Below, one piece after another: positions 19,454 to 25,436 of a stretch of 25,436 bases of DNA (position 1 is the stretch's first letter; the number at the start of each line of letters is the position of its first letter). The notes under the pieces are model-generated. The model was not told where the DNA came from and did not search any database. It was given only the letters and a program-made list of their open reading frames with translations. Source of the DNA: Macrostomum lignano. Taxonomy: Eukaryota. A program made the translations under genes and the position numbers. Where the stretch lies: the NCBI GenBank assembly GCA_002269645.1, contig NIVC01000314.1, forward strand, positions 1 to 25,436, given 5' to 3'.

Positions 19454-20670
19454 TAATTAGGCGCCACAGACAAACACCTAATCAGGCATCACTGAGACAG
19501 ACACCTAATTAGGCATCACTGAGACAGACACCTAATTAGGCATCACTGAGACAGACACCTAATTAGGCATCACTGAGACAGACACCTAATCAGGCATCAC
19601 TGAGACAGACACCTAATCAGGCATCACTGAGACAGACACCTAATTAGGCATCACTGAGACAGACACCTAATTAGGCATCACTGAGACAGACACCTAATCA
19701 GGCATCACTGAGACAGACACCTAATCAGGCATCACTGAGACAGACACCTAATTAGGCATCACTGAGACAGAAACCTAATTAGGCATCACTGAGACAGACA
19801 CCTAATTAGGCATCACTGAGACAGACACCTAATTAGGCATCACTGAGACAGAAACCTAATTAGGCATCACTGAGACAGACACCTAATTAGGCATCACTGA
19901 GACAGACACCTAATTAGGCATCACTGAGACAGACACCTAATTAGGCATCACTGAGACAGAAACCTAATTAGGCATCACTGAGACAGACACCTAATTAGGC
20001 ATCACTGAGACAGACACCTAATTAGGCATCACTGAGACAGAAACCTAATTAGGCATCACTGAGACAGAAACCTAATTAGGCATCACTGAGACAGACACCT
20101 AATTAGGCATCACTGAGACAGACACCTAATTAGGCATCACTGAGACAGAAACCTAATTAGGCATCACTGAGACAGAAACCTAATCAGGCATCACTGAGAC
20201 AGACACCTAATTAGGCATCACTGAGACAGACACCTAATTAGGCATCACTGAGACAGAAACCTAATTAGGCACCACTGAGACAGACACCTAATTAGGCATC
20301 ACTGAGACAGACACCTAATTAGGCATCACTGAGACAGAAACCTAATTAGGCACCACTGAGACAGAAACCTAATTAGGCACCACTGAGACAGAAACCTAAT
20401 TAGGCACCACTGAGACAGAAACCTAATTAGGCATCACTGAGACAGACACCTAATTAGGCATCACTGAGACAGAAACCTAATTAGGCACCACTGAGACAGA
20501 AACCTAATTAGGCACCACTGAGACAGACACCTAATTAGGCATCACTGAGACAGACACCTAATTAGGCATCACTGAGACAGAAACCTAATTAGGCACCACT
20601 GAGACAGAAACCTAATTAGGCACCACTGAGACAGAAACCTAATTAGGCACCACTGAGACAGAAACCTAAT
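19454..20670. repeat. 27-bp minisatellite AGACAGACACCTAATTAGGCATCACTG (about 45 copies), left part, inside the GPCR intron
   Basis: Head-to-tail units, most carrying the palindrome CCTAATTAGG (some have the CCTAATCAGG variant); starts about 24 nt after the splice donor. Confidence 0.97.
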
Positions 20671-20882
20671 TGTAATTGCCTCGCAATATTATTATCAATT
20701 TGTTCTAAATAGGCAAGTGAGTTATATTATAAATGTACATCTTGTGTCGCATGAGTCATGTACGCCGTATTATTGATTTGTACGCGTAAAACCTCAAATA
20801 TATATATATCGCTAACTGGCCAGTTTGGGCCCCGTAATTTATTTTTCTCGCTCAGCTTAACACGCGGCCTTCAGACTTTACA
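20671..20882 (+). repeat. 5' LTR (212 bp)
   Basis: Identical by eye to 25051-25262; 5-bp terminal inverted repeat TGTAA/TTACA; TATAAAT at 20728-20734. Confidence 0.97.
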
Positions 20883-20883
20883 G

Positions 20884-20899
20884 TGGCGTCGCAAGCAAG
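20884..20899 (+). promoter_or_regulatory. Primer-binding site TGGCGTCGCAAGCAAG (tRNA-Ser-like pattern, tentative)
   Basis: TGG starts 1 nt after the LTR. TGGCG-N6-GCARG resembles the complement of eukaryotic tRNA-Ser 3' ends; the tRNA identity needs the host tRNA set. Confidence 0.65.
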
Positions 20900-20919
20900 C
20901 CCACTTGGTCCAGTCACTC

Positions 20920-23900
20920 ATGGCTCAATTCATCTCACTGCCACCCCCTGAGCAATTCAGCACTAGTGCAGATCAACAGAATGCCGGTAAACGCTGGAAC
21001 AAATGGTCCGATCATTTTTGTGACTTTATCGAAGCGTCAGGCATCAAAGACGAAACTCAGAAGTGCAAGCTCCTGGCCTACACGGCCGGCAGAGAAATCG
21101 CGCAAATCATTAAAGACCTGCCAGATGACAAGAAAGACAGCCTCGAAACTCTGCTCGCAGCAATAAAAGAGCACTTCAAGGAGCGCAACAACATCGTATT
21201 TGCCCGCTATCAGTTTCGTCTATGCGTTCAGCAAACCGGAGAGCCAGTGGACTCCTGGTACTCCCGACTCAACTCAGCGGCCGAGACATGCGAGTTCTCA
21301 GCACTCAAGGACTCCCTAATCAGAGATCAGATAGTGGCGACATGCTGCTCCGATAAACTTCGGCGAAGATTGCTGCAGGAGTCCAACATCTCTCTCGGCG
21401 ATGCGTTGAGACAAGCGCGCGCGTTTGAAGCAGCAGAAGAGCAGGCCACGGCCATTGAGAACTCCAGTAGCATCGCAGCAGTGCACAGAGCGGCACCGAA
21501 GCAGTTCAGAGACAGCGGAACGCGCCCGAACAGTCAGCGGGTCCCTGGTGGCCAAGCAAACAGCGGCCCAACCAGCTGCTATCGATGCGGCGAACGCGGG
21601 CACAGCTCATGCAACGCGGCAAAAGGCAAAACCTGCCTGGCATGCGGCAAGCCAAACCATCTCGCCAAAGCATGCAGACAACGCAGGCCTCAAACAAGCT
21701 CCAGCATCAACGCCGTAGCGGACAAAGAAGCTGAGGCGGTCTTCATCGATCACGATTCGCTAAATGAGGAGGCCTTCACTATCCAGTCGCAAAAAACGGC
21801 ACCCAGACGCAACTCCGCCAACACTAATCTGAGGATCGAGGGCAAGGACTTCATCGTACTCGTGGATAGTGGAGCCAGCTGCAACGTCATGAGCGAGGAG
21901 AACTTCCGGCGGCTAAGAAATGTTCGACTGCGCAGCGCCATCCATCCAATTTTCAGCTACGGGTCCACAACGCCTCTCCAAGTCCTGGGTGTCGCTGACC
22001 TCAACGTGAGCACCGCAGCTAGCAGACAACTAGCTTCATTCTACATCACCAAAGGCTGTGGAACCACACTACTCGGTCGAGAAACCGCTTTCAACATGGG
22101 AATTCTGCACATCCAACATCCAACAGTTGAAGTCAACTCGGTGCAGACCACGGAAAATCTAGCCGCATCAGGTATTCAAGAGCTGTTCTCCAAGTACAGA
22201 GATGTCGACCAAGATCTTCCAACCGAACTCCGCATCAGCAGCATCCTTGGTGAGTTTAAGTCAATCTTCGAAGGCCTTGGCTGCGTTAAGGGCGTCGAGG
22301 TCGACGTTCGTCTTCGACCAGAAGCTGTCCCAGTCTGTCACCCACCCTCCAGAGTTCCCGTACACCAGCGGTCGGCGGTCATCGCGGAACTTCGGGCTCT
22401 CCTCGACCAAGGAATCATCGAGCGCGTCAACGGCCCGTCACCGTGGGTCTCCCGCATGGTTGTCGTCCCAAAAGAAGGCGGTGGCATCCGCATCTGCCAA
22501 GACCTGCGCGACGTCAACTCATTTGCCGTGCCAGAAAAGCAGCCCATCCCAACCTTTGAGGAGATCACGGACGAAATGGCGGGTTCCACGGTATTCAGCG
22601 AGCTCGACATCGTAAAGGCTTTCCACCAAATTCTTGTCAAACCGGAATCCCGTCACGTCTTCACCTTCAGCACCCCACTGGGTCTCATGCGACTGACCAG
22701 ACTCAGCATGGGATTCACCAACGCATCCGAGATATTGCAAAGGGTTATGACAGGCGTCCTGAGCGGCCTTGACGGTGTCCGATGGGCACACGATGACATC
22801 ACCGTCTTTGCGAGCACGATGGAAGAGCACAACATCCGACTAAAACAGTGCTTCAAGCGCCTACAAGACCATGGAATCACACTCAACCCGAACAAGTGTC
22901 GCCTGGCACAGCCTTTCATCGATTTTCTTGGTATGCGCATCAGCGCACGAGGCGTTCAGCCTGCAGCCGAGAAGATCAAGGCCGTCAAAGACTTTAAGGA
23001 GCCAACAAATGTGTCAGAGCTGCGCTCATTCCTCGGTTTGGCCACCTACCTGTCCAGGTTCGTTCCGAACTTCTCAGATCTGACGCAGCCAATGCGAGAA
23101 CTGCTAAAAAAAGGTCGTAAATGGTGCTGGTCAGAAAGGCAACAAAAAGCATTCCTGCAAACAAGAGCAGCGATCTGCAATGAGAGCGTCCTGGCCTTCT
23201 TTGACGTGAATCTCCCAACAGAAGTTCATGTGGACGCCTCGCCAGTCGGCCTGGGTGCCATTCTCAGCCAAGTGGATGAGAAAGGCGTTCGCAAACCGGT
23301 CGCCTTCGCCAGCAGGTCGCTCACGCCAGTTGAGCAGCGATACGCTCAAATTGAACGCGAGGCGCTTGCGGTGAAATTCGGGTGCCTACGTTTCGAGCAC
23401 TACCTCAGCGGCTGCCCAGATCTCACAGTCATCACGGATCACCGCCCATTAGTCCCGCTTTTTCAACCTGGTTCCAGGCCTCCACCAAGGATTGAACGGA
23501 TGGCTTTAAGAGTGCAGCACCTCAAATTCAAGCTCATCTATCAGCCGGGGCCACAGAATCCAGCGGATGTCCTCAGTAGACAACCTGAAATGCAGACAAA
23601 GGACAACCCCGGGGAACTCCTGGACAGACGCTTCATCAACGCAGTCGCCATCGGCTCTACTCCGAAAGGACTGAACTTTGCAACAATTCAGGAGGCTTCA
23701 AAGTCAGACGGCACGATCCAAGCAGCTCTATCAGCTCTACGAACTGGCCAATGGGACAAGCAGAACAGAAATCTTCGAGCTTTGTCCTGCCTGCAGCAGG
23801 AGCTTTCAGAACATGACGGCGTGCTACTACGGAGCTCGTTGATCGTGATCCCGAGCAGCTTACGTCGGACGGTGCTCCAGCTGGCACATGCAGGCCACCA

Positions 23901-24929
23901 ATGCTGCCGAAAAACTATGGACAGACTGCAAACCAAAGTATGGTGGCCAGCGATGAGAAGCGACTGCCAGACGTTCGTCCAGTCTTGCTTCCCCTGCCAA
24001 GCGACATCGCCGAAGAGCCTCGCACCGCCACCACTCTCACCGTCGCAACTTCCGGACGGAGCATGGCTGGTTCTTGGAATGGACTTTTACGGCCCAGTCC
24101 AAGGGAAAATGCTTCTGGTGACAACCGATCTCTTTTCAAAATTTCCCGAGGTCGACATAGTCAGCTCAACATCAGCAGAGGCAGTGCTTCCGCATCTCCG
24201 GACTCTGTTTAGCAGATACGGCATCCCGTTGGAAATCGTCAGCGACAATGGACCTCCGTTTAACTCGGCAGAATTCACAAACTTCCTCTCAGAGTTCGGC
24301 ATCAAGCATCGCCGGATCTGTCCGCTGCACCCCGAGGCGAACGGAGCGACCGAGCGAGTCAACAGGTGCATCAACAAGGTCATCAGAGCGGCCATCGCAG
24401 AAGGACGCAACTGGCGCACCGCACTCGACGACTGGCTGCTCGCTCATCGCGTCACTCCGCACTCGCAACCGGCGTGGCACCAGCCGAACTGCTCATGGGC
24501 CGAGCTCTCAACGACGGCCTCCCGTCAATCCAACCATCGCAACCTGTGCAGCACGACCGAGCCGAACTCGCAAAGCGTCACGAGGCCTACAACAACCAGA
24601 TGGCAGCAGGTTTCAACCGCTCCAGGAGGGCCAAGGCAGCCAATGTCAAGCCGGGTTCGGCGGTTCTCCGCAAGCGGACGAGACGCACGAAAATTCAAAC
24701 GCCTTTCGAGCTCGAACCCTGGACCGTCACCGACAGGCGAGGCGATTCCTACGTCCTGCGGCAAGGCGACCGGACATGCACTCGCCACCTGACGCACATC
24801 CGGCCTCTGACAGCGACCGAGGACCCACCACCAGAAGCGGACGCTGGCGCCGCCTCGCCGGAGCGCGGCATTGCTGAGAGGCCGCACCCGAGAGCGGCCA
24901 AGGACAAGCCTATCAGCTACAGAGTTTGA
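20920..24929 (+). CDS. gag-pol: Gag-Pol polyprotein (about 1336 aa) with a 1-nt frameshift at about 24465 near the end of the integrase core
   Basis: MAQFISLPPP start. Knuckles CYRCGERGHSSC and CLACGKPNHLAKAC; protease LVDSGAS; RT ELDIVKAFHQI, WAHDD; RNase H VDASPVG, YAQIERE, TDHRPL; integrase H-H-C-C, MDFYGP, SDNGPPF, NGATER. CAC TCG (G)CA ACC joins the 24366..24929 frame (ATGVAPAELLMGR...). Confidence 0.93.
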
Positions 24930-25041
24930 CGGGTTTTGACGGGTAACTGGTGCTAAGGGCTGAGACAAATGTTTTTTTACCCTTAATGTTTTATTCCTTT
25001 TCCTTATCCTTTTAATCCGCAGTTTGAGCTTTTTCGTTTTT

Positions 25042-25050
25042 GGGGAGAAG
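25042..25050 (+). promoter_or_regulatory. Polypurine tract GGGGAGAAG
   Basis: Directly abuts the TG of the 3' LTR. Confidence 0.85.
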
Positions 25051-25262
25051 TGTAATTGCCTCGCAATATTATTATCAATTTGTTCTAAATAGGCAAGTGA
25101 GTTATATTATAAATGTACATCTTGTGTCGCATGAGTCATGTACGCCGTATTATTGATTTGTACGCGTAAAACCTCAAATATATATATATCGCTAACTGGC
25201 CAGTTTGGGCCCCGTAATTTATTTTTCTCGCTCAGCTTAACACGCGGCCTTCAGACTTTACA
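25051..25262 (+). repeat. 3' LTR (212 bp)
   Basis: Identical by eye to 20671-20882. Confidence 0.97.
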
Positions 25263-25436
25263 TAATTAGGCGCACTGAGACAGACACCTAATTAGGCGCC
25301 ACTGAGACAGACACCTAATCAGGCATCACTGAGACAGACACCTAATCAGGCATCACTGAGACAGACACCTAATCAGGCATCACTGAACAGACACCTAATT
25401 AGGCATCACTGAGACAGACACCTAATCAGGCATCAC
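25263..25436. repeat. 27-bp minisatellite, right part (resumes after the LTR element, truncated by the window end)
   Basis: Same unit as 19454-20670, resuming in register at TAAT-TAGG. Confidence 0.96.

Larger units (their letters stand above)
20671..25262 (+). mobile_element. Complete Ty3/Gypsy LTR retrotransposon (4592 bp, single gag-pol, Mag-like organisation), 4-bp TSD TAAT
   Basis: Two identical 212-bp LTRs (TGTAA...TTACA), PBS, PPT, and domain order gag-PR-RT-RH-IN. TAAT at 20667-20670 and 25263-25266. Mag-like is inferred from size, paired knuckles and single ORF. Confidence 0.97.

Noticed and set aside
20758-20919. 54-aa N-terminal extension of Gag-Pol in the ORF track
   Set aside because: This ATG lies inside the 5' LTR and the extension crosses the PBS; Gag-like sequence begins at ATG 20920.
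24930-25041. env-like third ORF in the Gypsy element
   Set aside because: Only about 110 nt separate the pol stop from the PPT.
9128-25436. 24-bp and 27-bp repeats (the latter with a palindrome) as CRISPR arrays
   Set aside because: Units are head-to-tail with no unique spacers, there are no cas genes, and the context is eukaryotic.

Overview
Eukaryotic (animal) genomic DNA. Intron-containing and intronless host genes with GC-rich codons alternate with AT-rich spacers and many tandem arrays. The style resembles a free-living flatworm such as Macrostomum, but that is an inference I cannot prove from the sequence. From left to right the window holds: (1) a full-length, 14-bp-TSD-flanked Loa/R1-like non-LTR retrotransposon on the minus strand (67-5820; ORF1, then APE-RT-RNaseH-CCHC ORF2); (2) a secreted PAN/apple-like + C-type lectin gene (-); (3) a 3-exon SVOP-like MFS transporter (+); (4) a single-pass LRR receptor-like gene (-); (5) the first coding exon of a class A GPCR (+), whose intron holds a 27-bp minisatellite; (6) a complete 4.6-kb Ty3/Gypsy LTR retrotransposon with identical 212-bp LTRs inserted in that minisatellite. 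Best finding: the first 251 nt of the LINE fold by hand into a complete HDV-like nested double-pseudoknot ribozyme. Its predicted cleavage site coincides exactly with the TSD-defined 5' end, and it has a compensatory A-U pair in P1.1. The element lies sense-downstream of the lectin gene, so host read-through plus self-cleavage could release a unit-length RNA. HDV-like ribozymes are already known from some non-LTR elements, so this would be a new instance rather than a new class. The ORF1/ORF2 junction is a TGA-TAA-TGA triple stop with an embedded ATG. Four otherwise intact ORFs carry frameshifts that can be repaired by restoring single G/C bases, which suggests consensus errors rather than true pseudogenes. 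All structures and alignments were done by eye, with no database search or folding program.
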